The notes under the pieces are model-generated. The model saw only the letters and a program-made list of their open reading frames with translations, was not told the origin of the DNA and ran no database searches. Both the position numbers and the translations under genes were made by a program. This document shows, piece by piece, positions 24,206-36,780 of a DNA stretch of 64,000 nucleotides. Origin of the DNA: Felis catus (lineage: Eukaryota); NCBI RefSeq assembly GCF_018350175.1, contig NC_058368.1:235230001-235294000 (forward strand), given 5' to 3'. Numbering within the stretch: the first letter of the stretch is position 1; every line of letters starts with the position of its first letter.

Positions 24206-26939
24206 GGGTCTTCCTATCAAAACTCACAGAATCATAGCTCTCCCCAATGTTATTACTAAAAACGATTTAACGAATATCTTTATGGCCAAATATTCATGTG
24301 TATCTGTGATTATTTCTCTAGGATGACATTTTTAGAAGCACAATTGCAGAGCTTAAGTATATGATTACGGTAAAGACTTTTGGTGAGCGACTTCCTAAAT
24401 TGTGCTCTACTGTTTCTTAATCTGTGGGCTGGTGGGGGAGATATGGCTATTTCTGCTTTTACCTGTCATATCATGTACCACAGCAAACTCCTTGTCAGTC
24501 AGACAGGACCTCCGTCCCAGAGAGGTGAGGCTCCGTCTCTTCTCTTTCTCTGGGTGGGCCAAGCTGATTCGGCATTGTTGCTGGTAAACCACACGGGGCA
24601 CTTTTCTGGAGCTGGGGCGCTGTGTCCTTTGCGATCCGGGACTGGCCCTCCACCGCACCTCATGCCGACGCACCAGTCTGGAAGCATGGCCAGCTTGTCG
24701 GAAGGACCCGCCATCAAGGTCTATCAACAGCTTTATTTGAAGAGAGCCCGTGCCCCGAGATGGCAGCTATGAATGCAGATCAGTATGTGAACGGACACTA
24801 AGTCTATTTATGGTCCTGCCCAGCAACCCTTTTCTTTCATTTCCCCTTTACCAGAAGCTTCCAAGTGTAATGTGCTCGGCACTGAATTCAATCAATATCT
24901 GCATTAACATCCTTTCAAAGGCAACGGCCCATCAGCGTTCTCGCTTCCCGCGACCTTGCTCCACACGTAGGCTTGGCATGTGCTCAGCACCATCCTCGTG
25001 ACTGCCCTGTCAGCGTGGGGCGGCGTCATCCTCAGATAGCGTCCGGGTTAATTAACCTTTAGGTGAAAATGCCGAGGATCCCTGTGATACGTGCTTCCTT
25101 CTCGCTCATTACATTCAGCTGGAAAAGCAGCAAGGTGCTGCAATAAATGCATTCATTAGGAAAATGATTAAATGCAGTTGCCTTTATTACCTTGGCAGTT
25201 AATCCTCTCTGCAAGGCGCCTGAAAAGTCACCCTCATCAGGGGGGAGCCCATGCAGGGGAGAGGCAGCTGTGAGAAGCCCAGGGTCCCTCACTCTCTCAC
25301 TAGAAGGTGAACTCGAGCTTCTACCAGTTCCACAAAAGCCCAGCCCGTCACCCAAGCACAGCATCCTCCCCTGCTTTTCCCCAGGGCCACCCTGCTGAGC
25401 ACGTGTTAGAAGAGGGTGTGGACATCTGTCACCTGTCACCAGTGGGGAGTACAGACCGCGTGGCCCACAGGTGGGAAGGCTCCCTGGCTGTCTAGCATCT
25501 CTGGACACTCAGTGTAGAGTTCTACCGGTGGCGTGAGTGGAAATTAGTAATGACAACTGGTAAGATTGGGCAACGTTTCCAAAGAGAGGTGAAGGGTTTC
25601 ATTGACAGATGCCCTTACCAAGGAGACATGACCAAGGCCAAACAGCATTCTTCTGGGATGACCGTGCCATCTGATGTGCTGTGTCTCACCCTGGACGGTA
25701 TGTTGGAACCTGATCTACCATTGCTCAACCCGGAAGTCTCACGGGGTCAAGTTAAATTGCATCCAGTGGGTAAACCGTCCAGAGAACCACTTTCTCTCTC
25801 TGCTTTGGGATGCACTGCCTCTCCTCGTTCCCCTTCAAACCCAACCCTGACACCTCTCACCCTTCCCGGAACCACCAGGTTCCCTCCGACCCACACAGAC
25901 ACCATTCTGCTGACCTTCCTGCCAATCTCACTGCCACACTCTTCCCAATAAAATGCAATTCATCCACTTACCTCACATTCATGCTCACAGCATCAGTTGT
26001 CCAAAAGGGGCCTACCGCATAGTAGTGGCTCAGCAAACGTTCATAGAAACCGACTTGGAAGCATAATACATGATCTCTTCCGTAAAGATTCAAGGAAAGG
26101 GAATCAGCTGTGCTACAGACTCCATGTGAAGGCAATAACTAAAATGTGTAAAGCTGACTCTGCAAGCTGACGTAGGACAGAAGGGAGAGGGGCAGAGAAG
26201 AAAAAATTCTCCCACCTCAGTGCTCCTCAAGACGGACACGAGTGTCCAACTCAACACCAGCAAACCTCCTTATAAAACCACCTTCTGCCCCTCTCTCTGC
26301 AGGGGTCCCTGATCTCCTGCCTCTCCGTCCTATCTTCTGTATGCCATCCCGGAAAATACAACTGAATCTCATTAAAGGTAAAGTCCGAGACTCAAGAATT
26401 GTGACATTTACCAATTTCTATGGGGAAAACAATATCAATTTATTAAAAATTAAAATTCTTACCTGTGATGAGTAAAAACCTCTTTTTCCCAGTCGGTTCT
26501 ACACATTTGCTGTTGACAGAATCACTGCAAAGCCCTGGTCCATCCTGTTCTCTCCAGCCCCCCGTCCCGCACCCTAGGCCTCCACCAGGTGGGACCGGGC
26601 TGTGTCCAGCTGAACATATGCACCGAGTTTTCTCAAGGAAATCTATGAAGGAACTCCAGCTTCCTAAGACTGATCTTCCTTTTAACCTGAGAGAAGATGG
26701 TATTGAGTCAGTTAACTATTTACAGAGTGATTTGCTACTCTATTTGGAGAATGACAACAAGGTCCCCCAAATCCTGGAAACATCTTAAAAACTAAATTAA
26801 CTTCAGTGCCAGAAGGCTTGTCTACTTTGGGCCTCTCATTCACGGAAATTGAAAGTGATGTCAATGTTCTGTCTATGAGGCCAGTCCAACCAGGGCAGCA
26901 TAGGAAACGCCAAGCCCTCAAAGCCGGTCTTGGCCCACC

Positions 26940-27170
26940 ATGGGTTGATTTGCACCAGCAAATTGCCCTGTCTGCAAAATTCACTGAAGTCCCAACCCCA
27001 CAGAATGTGACCTTATGTGGAAACAGGGTCCTCGCAGGTGTAGTTAAGCTAAGATGAGGTCATACTGTAGTTAGCGGCCCTCTAATCCAACATGGCTAGC
27101 GTCCCTACGAAAAGGAGAATTTTGGACACAGAGACAGGCATATGCCCACGGGGAGAATGCCCGTCCCGGG
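26940..27170 (+). mobile_element. MLT1B/C-like LTR, 5' half
   Basis: 'cagaatgtgaccttatgtggaaacagggtcctcgcaggtgtagttaagctaagatgaggtcatactg'. Confidence 0.85.
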
Positions 27171-30100
27171 GGAGGGAGAGAAGCGACAGCCAGGCCTCCC
27201 ACCAGGTGGCTGGGCCTGACTTCCCTCTCGACCCCGGCCCACTGCCCCACCTCAGAGAGCTCCTCTCTCTCCTCCAGGGCCAGTTCTTCAGCGACAGGAG
27301 CCCCTTGGGACTGGCCTCCATCAATCCCACTTGGAGAAAGCCAGTGAGGACAGGACACAGGACACAGAAAGACAGTGAGGACAAGAGACAGGACACAGTG
27401 AGTGCGTGGGAGGAAAGGGGAGGCCCTGGCAGGGCCCCCGCCTCAGGGAGATGCCCCCAGGTGGCCCTGTTCAGGCCTTTGTGCCGCGGGGGCTCCCTTG
27501 CTCCGGCCCAGCCGGGGCTCAGAGCCAGAAGGAGGACATGCTTCTGCTCCTGACCTTCCCCACCCAGGTCCCTAAATCTCCCCGCCTGGACATCCTCTCA
27601 GGAAGTTCTCTCCACCCTGGGACTCACCACAGGGGGATCATCCCGGGCACCACCCCACTTGGTGCTTGGCCAATGGAACTATTTCCTAAAGTGGTTCTTC
27701 TTTTCGTGCGCAGACGCATTCAAAGTGCTCGCCCGCAGACGCTGAGGGATGGTGCCCGTGCCACCAGGTGCTGGCATGGACCCCACCCCCGCCCCCCGCC
27801 CCCCGCCCCGCCGGGCCATCGAGTGGTTATGCACCAAGCTTGGAGAAAGGATGCAAAGCTTTTGTACCCCACCCCTGGGCACCGGAGTCCCCCCTCTCTG
27901 CTTCCTCGACCCCAGTGGAGATGCACGACCCAGGATGTCTCCCCAACCTCCGTTGCAAGAGCCGTGTGGGCTGAGAAGTGTGGAAATGAGCTCTCTATCA
28001 CTCATCCGAACCAATGTCACCGCGAGGCTGCTCTGACGTTCCCACATTGAGCTAACCTTGACACTGTGCCATCTGCGCAGAAGCTCCCCGCCGTCGCATC
28101 CCTGCGCCTGCGACGTTAGGGGAGGTCTGTTTGCAGCCGACTCACCTGAAGCAAGCGTCACTCCTTCCTGGTATTCACACCTAGGCATTTTTTTTTTGAC
28201 ATTCTAATGACTCTTAAATATGCATAATCATTTTCCAGAAAGGCATTCCACACTTTATAATCACTTGCATAAACCGACCAATTTTGAGAGCTCGCCCCTG
28301 GAAAGGGGGCACAAGTGAGCCGTAAATTTAATTTGCTCTCACATCTGCTGTCATTACGCCGGGGCCTCCTGGGCTCGATGACCGTCCAGGACTCATATGT
28401 TCTAACGCCTCAGTTTTTGTTGTGACTGTTTTTAATTATAAGCGCTTCCACCAAAATGAATCACCGTTCACAATTCCAGCCGGGGAAGTCATTTTTTTTT
28501 TCTGCTGAGCTACACTGAGCCCAAAGCACATTCCGGCTGGAAACGCCGAGGCTCAGAACGAATCCATTACAAGAGCGTCCCGGTTTGCTGCTGTCACTTT
28601 GTGTCCTGGCGTGGGGAGGGCCGTTTCCCTGGCTCAGTGCACCCAGCTAGAGCTCACCCCCCAGCGGGAAGCCCCGGCCAGAGGATGCGGGGGTGGGGGT
28701 GGGGCTGGTGCAGGAGCACAGGCCCCCAGGGCCGTGGGGGAGGTTGAGGTGGGCTAGGAAGGGGGGCTGTGAGCCTGGAGCCCCCTCTCCCCATCCTGGG
28801 AGGTCTGAGAATCCGTATTCAAACTGGCCTTCCCCAGACGCTCAGAAAGACCCAGGGAGAGAATGTGTTTTATTCAGCAGCTGTAACTCTAACTGCCCTG
28901 GATTATAATCTGCATTGACTTTGAACCTCAGTGGGGAGATGGTGGGGGGGGGGGTCTGCCTTGGCAGCTGGCCAGGTGCCCGGTGCCCCCGTGCTGGCCT
29001 GCCCTGGCTTCCTCCAGCGAGGAGGCCCTCTCACAACGGTTCGGTGAAGTCTGGAAAGAAACAAGAGCCCCAGATCGTAAAAAGCACAGCCCCGAACATA
29101 AATTCTTGTTGAAGAAGAAAACAAAAAAGCCCCAGGGTGACCCCGCTGTGTTTTATATGGCTGAGGGGGTGTGATCTTTTTCTCTTAGAACCCAGCTTTT
29201 TTGAGGGTTAGTAAAGAGAAAAGGGGTGCTCTTTGGCTTTTGAAGGATAGTTTGAGTCTCCCGCGGAGCGGAGTCCTGACAGAAGCCGCTGCCCGTGCTG
29301 CCTCCTCCCCTTTCGTATTTGCATCGTTCATTCATTTTTCCTGTGTGCTGCCTGACCGCTCTCCAGGGCTCAACTGGGGGCCGGGGGGCAGGCAGATTGC
29401 TGCAGGGGTCCTGGAAGCTCACGGAGAGGAGATGTGGCGTGCCCGCAGGAGCAGCAGCAGCTTCAGTCGGCTGGAGGGGCCATGAGGCCTCTGGCGGAGG
29501 ACAGAGTTGAAACGGGCTTGGGGTGTAGGGTTTGGTCATGGGGGTGGCAGTGAGAGGCAGCTCCAGGCTACAAAGGCTGAGAGGAAGAAACAGTCAAGAA
29601 GTGATCGCAGACACAGCATGGGATCCAGGAGGCCACGGATACGAGGGGATACAGCTGGGAGTAAAGGTGGAGACCAGTCACAGTGGCTTTGCACAGCCTG
29701 CTGCAGGTATGGGACGCTGTGAGGCTGTGGGCGAGGGCACGGCGTGGGGGAGGCGGCCCTTTCTACGTAAGATGCTGCCACTGTGATCATCCTTACAGGG
29801 CGCAGCCGATAAGGAGCCGGAGCAAGGAGCCAAAGGCACAGAACTGGGAAGGGAAGGCTGTGGCCATCGGAGGGCCCAGCGTGGGCCAAGGCCACCGCTC
29901 GACAGCCCAGCGGGCCTTTGCGGGTGGTGCCCACTGTGTCCTCAGGCCTCCGAAAGCGCGTGACGCCCACCTTAGAGACCCAGCAGAGACTGGGTCCAGT
30001 AAGTTGCCACAGAAAAGCCTAGATAAGACACCAGGATCTGCCCTTCGTCTGCCTAACCCCGAAGACCATTTCTACCCCTTACTTCACAGGGAGGGTATTA

Positions 30101-30446
30101 GAAATTAAAAATATATGTACCTATATTTCTGTAAGACTTGGTGATGCCTTAATCTGGGAGTTTGGAAAAAGAAGGAAAATAAACATGGCTCGGTCACCAC
30201 ACAAAAACATGGAAGTTGGGGGGGGGTGGTTATTTGGGGAAAAGATCAAAAGCCAAGTGTCAGGCTTGTGTGCTTTATGATGAAAAAGGGGCATCCGGGA
30301 TATGCTCAGGGAACGAACTACGTCGCACCAGGGGCGAAGTCTTTGGAGACTGGGACCGAGAGGTTCTAGTTGTAGGTCTGCGCAGAAAAGTGGGGCCTGG
30401 GTCAAGGACTCGAGGGAGCGGTTCATTTTATCAAATCAGGAAAGTG

Positions 30447-30487
30447 AAAAAAAAACAAACAAAAAACAAAAACAAAAACAAAAAAAC
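30447..30487. repeat. A-rich (CAAAA)n-like tract
   Basis: Direct reading. Confidence 0.85.
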
Positions 30488-31519
30488 AGTATGGCCTTAG
30501 TTTGGTGATTTTTCTTTAATCTGAGTAGAAACAATCCATGCCTCGCCCCCCTGCCAGGGCTAATTAGAATTAGAAGATGGATCTGTATACCACAGAGGAA
30601 ACCAACCAAGCTAAGGCTATTCCAACACCCCATCTTCTAAGGACTGCCCCTCCAGGAGCGGGATGTGCCCGGCCCGGTGGCTTCTGGAGAGCGGGCTGGA
30701 TTTAGTGACTCCCCTCGGAAGACAGAGCGTGGCAGGGAACCAGGTGTGAAGGGTCCAGGTTCACCAGCACCTCTGCCCCGCTCTCCAAGGAGGTCTCCAT
30801 TCCGCAGGTGCACGAGAGGTGACCCCGTCCGGTGGGTGAGCTGACACCATGTGGCTCTCTGCAGCGCCTCCCGTCCCCACCGCCCTCAGCCGGCCGCACG
30901 CCTCCCATGGTGTCTCTGCGGAGCGATGGGCACGCAGACCAGTCTGGGTTCCACTGAACACAGACCCACAAACAAACGGATGATGGGAAAGGGAGAGCCG
31001 GCCGCTGGAGACATTCTGAGCCGGGGAGGGAGGGAGCGAAACCAGATAGGTCTTGACAGCCTCCCCAGGGGAGGGCTGGGGAATTTCACATCCTGACTGT
31101 CCCCAGGGCCTTCCCTCCCATCTCTGTCCCCTGCAGGGAGGCTGGAGAGCAGTGATAAATGGCCTGTCACCTCCCTCGCCATCAGTCTCCAGCTGTTTAC
31201 TGACACTGGGTTCAACTCTATGGATTCCAGTGACCCTTTTAAAATGGCTTCAAAATGCGTCATCCACCGCTGAACACAATCCCCCACTTTTGAGTCCTAA
31301 ATGTTGTCACCGCTGGCTTTTCTCAAACCTGGTTTCTTTTTGCCCAGGAAAGGACGCAGAGAGGCCCCGGTGGGTACAGTAAGCTGCAGTGAGGTCAGGC
31401 CAGCATCTGAGGCGGAGGGAGGGCTCGTGGGGTCCGCGCCCATGAAATTTCACCCCTGAGCACGCCCCTCCCTGATGACACTTCTCCCCCACGGCGGGGG
31501 GGGGGGGGGGGTTACATGC

Positions 31520-31600
31520 GTCATCTCATTTCAAAGAGAAAACTATGAGGCAGAGGCGAGTAACTCGCCTGGTCACAAAGCCGAGAAGTGAGCAGGCCCC
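31520..31600 (-). mobile_element. MIR core fragment
   Basis: 'catctcatttcaaagagaaaactatgaggcagaggcgagtaactcgcctggtcacaaag'. Confidence 0.55.
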
Positions 31601-31682
31601 TCCGGACCCCTCTAGACCAGGCCCCGGGCTTGGGCTATGACTTCCAGCTTCTCAGCTTGTAACCCCGCCTCCTTGCAGTAAC

Positions 31683-31684
<2 letters not shown>

Positions 31685-31721
<37 letters not shown>

Positions 31722-31726
31722 CGCAC
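31685..31726. repeat. (TG)n(CG)n compound microsatellite
   Basis: 42 bp of uninterrupted purine-pyrimidine alternation. Confidence 0.97.
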
Positions 31727-31757
31727 TTTTTACAAAAATACGATACTGCATAGACTG

Positions 31758-33365
31758 CTTTTTTAAAAATAATTTTATGGGGCGCCTGGGTGGCGCAGTC
31801 GGTTAAGCGTCCGACTTCAGCCAGGTCACGATCTCGCGGTCCGGGAGTTCGAGCCCCGCGTCGGGCTCTGGGCTGATGGCTCGGAGCCTGGAGCCTGTTT
31901 CCGATTCTGTGTCTCCCTCTCTCTCTGCCCCTCCCCCATTCAAGCTCTGTCTCTCTCTGTCTCAGAAATAAATAAACATTGAAAAAAAAATTTTTTTTTA
32001 AATAATTTTATGGAGGTGAAATTCACGTAACACACAATCAACCATTTTAACGCGAGTACTTTGGCGGCATTTAGCGCATTCATCATGTCTCGCAATCAGA
32101 TCTCTGTCTCATTCCAAAACATCGTCATCCTCCAAAGCGAAGTCCACTCATCCTTGGGCAGCGTCTTACCATTCTCCCCTCCCCCTCCGGCAACTGCCAG
32201 TGTGCCTTCAGTCTCCGCGGATCTGTATGTTCTGGACTACTCGTATAAACGGAGTCATGCAGTATGTGACCTTTGATGTCCGTCTCCTTTCGGCCAACAC
32301 TATCCTCGAGAACACGCATCCACTTGATAGCACGGATCAGGACATCGTTCCATTTTACGGCGGAATAAGATACTACTGTGTGGATCGACGACCCTTGATT
32401 CATTCATCCCTTATGGACATTTGGGCTCTTTCTGCCTTTTGGCTGTTGCACTTGTGCTGATGGCTATAAGCATGTCCTTGTTGAGTGCTTGTTTTCAATT
32501 TTGTTGAGTCTATACCGAGGCGTGCAACTGTAAGGTCACAGGGTAATTCTATGTTTAATTTTTTGAGGAACCACCAAACTGTTTTCCACAGAGGCCTAAC
32601 TGTTTTCCCCCCACAGGCAATGTACAAGGGCTCCAATTTCTCCATACCCTCATCAACACGTCGTATTTTCCTTTTTTTTTTTTTTTTACTACTATTATAG
32701 CCATACTGGAGAGTGTGATGTGGTATCTCGTGCTTGTCGTGTTCATTTGATAACTAATGGTGCATTTTTCTTCATCAGCTTGTTGGCCATTTGTACATCT
32801 TCTTTGGAAAATACGTATGCACATCCTTTGCCCCACTTTCTTAATTGGCTTTTTCTGTTGTTGAATTCTAAGTGCTCTTTACATATTTTAATGTATGTAT
32901 CAATGATCAATGTATAATTTACAACCAATTTTTTCCATTCCCGTATGTTGCCTTTTCACTTCTTCGTAATGTCCTTTGATGACAATATTTTGACGACGTC
33001 CAATTTTTGTTTTTTGTTGTTGTTCGTGCTTTTGGTGTCATACCTAAGAATCCAGGGCCAAGGTCATGAGGATTTACCCTGATGGATTTCAGCTCCTATA
33101 TTTAGATCACTGACCCGTTTTGTGTTAATACCTGCGTGTGCTGTGGGTAGGGGTCTGACTTCACTGTGTTTTGTGTGTGGAGATCTAGTCACCCAGCACC
33201 ACCCGTCCCAGAGATGATCCTCTCCCCGTGAGGAGGTGACTAGTGAGCAGTCTTGGCACCTTTGTTGAAAATCAATTCACCATAGATGTATGGGTTTATT
33301 CTGCACTCTCAGTTTTAGTCCATTAGCTATTATCTCTGTCTTTATGCCATTTTTATTATTGTAGC
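31758..33365 (-). mobile_element. L1MB-like 3' ~1.4 kb fragment, interrupted at its tail by a SINE
   Basis: 3' terminus 'tttatggaggtgaaattcacgtaacacacaatcaaccattttaa'. Minus ORFs give 'PLWKTVWWFLKKLNIELPCD' and 'FSKEDVQMANKLMKK'. Confidence 0.9.
31779..31999 (+). mobile_element. Young feline SINEC_Fc
   Basis: Near-consensus body; TSD aaataattttatgg at 31767-31780 and 32000-32013. Confidence 0.97.
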
Positions 33366-35950
33366 TGCATATACGGGTTTATAAACTTTTTGGCTTTACT
33401 TAATAAACCGAATACGTTCTGCAGTGACAGCACTATAAATATCCTCCTATAACATCATAACAAGTCAACCTTCTTTGGTTAAGTGGTCCATATTTCTTCA
33501 TTATCAAGAGCAACATAATAAACACGCTTGTAGTTTCATAAATGAGATGAACCACAATCATTCCTCAGAATAGCTTCTTGCCCAAGATTTTGCAAAACTC
33601 TGAGAGTTTACATAGCTGTTGCTGAATTCCCTTCCTGAGAAGCCCTGCCAGCCGGTCCGGTCCCCAGACCGAAGCCACCAGCTCAGTCCCTGTGCCCCAC
33701 TCTCTCTTCCCCGCTAGCAGACCCCAAGGACAATTGTCCCCTCTTTTCTTCTTTGTCCAACTGCGTTCCATATCATCTCTTCTTCCTTCCAGTGTTGACA
33801 TGAATCACACGTTGGAAAATGTAGCACACCCTCCATATTTTTTTAGCCCAGAGATTGAAAAAGTCAGCTCCCTTGGAAAAGCCTGAAAGTCCCATTCCTG
33901 GTGCGATGGCCCAGCGAGGACGGAGCCTGATCACGAGTGGCTCCTGGCTGATGCCTCCACTGGGGCACAACTGAAATGATGGGTCCCTGCATCCCAACCG
34001 CGCAGTATCAGCTCTCGGCGATCGCCTTCCGAATGGAGAGATGGTTGAAACTACCCAGCATAAATAGTTGCTAGTCTCAGCTGAATGATGCTGCTGAACA
34101 AAGTCCTCTCGAGCCCGCCGGGCAGGGATGACACAACAGAGACAAAAACATGCCTCCTTTGACGCCAGACATTGACCCTCCTCTCTGATTCCCTGAGAAG
34201 ACACAGTTCTGAAAAATTCCCGCTCTGCGGCTGACACCTCATCAAAGCCACATGGGCTGCGAAGGTTCAGTGAGATGGAAACGTCCTTCACCAATGAACT
34301 CAGAGCAGGGACTGCTGGGCCACACGTGGGGAGAAACGGAAGCGGGCTGGGGCTGCCGCCGTGCACAACAGGGGAGAGAATCAGGTCCCCTTCCCTGCGT
34401 GTCTGATTGTGAGATGCACTCTGCAGCCCGGGACTGTCCTGCAAAGCTTCCTGCCCGGGTCCAGTCCCCGGGTAGGAGCACTGAACCACTCGTCACGCCG
34501 AGAAGCTGCTTCCGTAGCTGAGTCCCGGGGACAGCCGCTGGGAAGACAGAGCTTCTGGACTTTGCCTTTATTTCCAGGCTCTTTAAAGACTATGACACAG
34601 AGCAAATGAAGAATTGGCAATGAGGAGGGACGGAAAAGCAGGTGGGGAAAGTCAAGAACGCGCGGGACAGCAGGAGAGAAGGAGTGACGAACTGGGGGGA
34701 AACAAGCGAATACAGACGCGACTTTCCGTTTACAGGTTCCCTTCACAAAGCACTTCAAACACCATCATCCGGTCATCTGCTAACTGTACCCCCGGGGCGG
34801 GAAGCATCAGCCCTTGTTTCCAGATGAGGCGCTGGGGAGGGGAGACCCCCATGGTCTGAGCGAGGTCACGGGGCTCCTTCGCAGCAGATGTTTGCTAACC
34901 CAGGTCTCCCGGCTCCTGTTAGCATCTCAGCTGATGCCAGATAGACAAATAAATGCACAAGGAAGAACACGCTTAAGAGCCCTGATTTAAAGCAGAGCAG
35001 AAGGGAGTTAGCAGAACGACTTGGGAGGAAACAAAGGGGGGAAACAGAATAGCCCTGAGAGGAGGAAGGGAAGGGGAGCGCGGGCCAGGAACAGGGCTTG
35101 GGGACATGGCCATCCCATCCCCACGGCCTCTGTGGGTGGCAGGGAACTCAGAGGCCGGGGAGGGTCACAGTTCAGAAGGAGCTGGCTGGAAGCACAGAGG
35201 CCGAGTTGAAAGGAGGGCAGCAAACAGCAGGTGAAGAGAAACTTCCAGATGGAGCAGAGGAAGGACGGAGCTCCACGGAGGACTATGCCAGGGTTCTCCC
35301 CAGGTTCAAAGCGGGAAACGCCAGGGGTGGGGCGGGGAAACCGAGGCAGAGGCGACGCACACATCCGGACTCTGATCACAACCTTAGGACACTTGGGATT
35401 CAAGGAGGCTCCCCGGGTGCCTTCTCTGCCTATTTGTCACCTCCCTTCCAAAGGTGGTTTGAGAAAAGGATATAAAAGTTCACCTAAAGGTTTCCACCGC
35501 AACTCTCTGATGAGGGACCGCCTGCCGCGGCTTGTGTTTTTATTTCAGCGCTGTGCACTCACAAAACACGGTGATTTGTTTTCCTTGGAGAAAAAGCAGA
35601 ACAGAGTGGCTTTTAGTAGCCATTAATCCCTGCGACGTCATTCACCATTCTCTTCAAAGAGGGCAGAAACCAGAAACAGATTTCAAAGGAAGGCTCCTCT
35701 AATGAGCAGAGACAGACAGGCAATCTGGGAGTAATGATCCCTGAGCCTGTAATCAGCCACCGTGTTAAAAAGTGTCCCCAGACAAGAAAACCCTCGGAAT
35801 CCAAACAAGCACGCATCTTACCTGATGTGGCTTCCTCTCTCCAGAGGAACTCTTCCCCCTGTAATTTCTCACATTTCCCCCCCCCCCCCTTCCCACCAAG
35901 ACCCAGGCGAGAGGTTTGGGGAGTGAGAAGTCTGTTTATTTGATCTCGCC

Positions 35951-36201
35951 CTGTGGTTCTCAAGCAGAGATAACCCCCCTCCCCCCGCCCCTGCCAAAAC
36001 CACCACACGTACCACCCAGGAGACATTTGCAGCGTCCAGAGATACTTTTGAAGGTCATGACTGGGCAGAGGTGAAGGGTGCTGTTAACTCTGGTGGACGG
36101 AGGCCAAGGGATGTACCTCACCAGCCTACAGTGTGTAGGATGGCCCCTAGGACAGGGATCCCGGCCCAAATGTCCATACAGCAGAGGTGGAGAAACCACG
36201 G
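35951..36201 (+). mobile_element. MER20 (hAT-Charlie non-autonomous DNA transposon)
   Basis: Termini 'ctgtggttctcaa' ... 'ggtggagaaaccacg'; internal 'cccaggagacatttgcagcgtccagagatac' and 'ccggcccaaatgtc'. Confidence 0.8.
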
Positions 36202-36780
36202 CTAACTGCATGACAGGAGAAGTCACACCTCGCCTGCCGCCTCTGACATCAGAATTACTTCACACTCAGATCCCGGATCCGCTATCTTTCTCACAAGTAT
36301 GGGTTCCAATATTCGTAAACCCAAATAGGGACGTGAGTAGGTGGCTCATTGTTGCCACCTTATCTCCTGCTGAAGTGCCGTCTTCTTGCTCAAGATGTTG
36401 CTGGCAGAGAAGGTGGGCCTTAATTACACACTGATCTGGGTGGGGATGGCTCCAGAACGTGCCACTGCCTGGGGTAGGGATGCGCCACGAAGAGTTAACT
36501 TCGGCACAGTCCACACATCAACTCTTTTTCTGCAAGAATCTCAGAGGCTATATTCTTACCCGCCTCATTTGCTGCACTGCTTTCTAGAAGTCGGCTACCT
36601 TCTGATGACTCATCCCGTCCTGATGGGATGCTAAGAAAATGAAAGCCCCTCTTTAACCCTGGGCAAGAGGCTGCTGGGCACTTGGAGACTATATGTGTCT
36701 AGAGGAAGAAAGGGTTGTGTAACTTTTTTTCATCGTGCTGAAAACAACAGAGAAAACGTCCTTTACAAACTGAGCATGTA

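Noticed and set aside
26463..26686. Minus-strand exon candidate (acceptor ccatcttctctcag, donor CAG/GTAAGA)
   Set aside because: Stops occur in all three frames and no partner exons were identified. It could only be a non-coding exon, which sequence alone cannot support.
27092..28188. Long overlapping ORFs (up to 214 aa) in GC-rich DNA; similar ones at 33773-34489, 50671-51312 and 60201-60914
   Set aside because: Open frames on both strands, with Pro/Gly/Arg-rich low-information translations and overlap with LTRs or minisatellites. This is expected from stop-codon scarcity at high GC.
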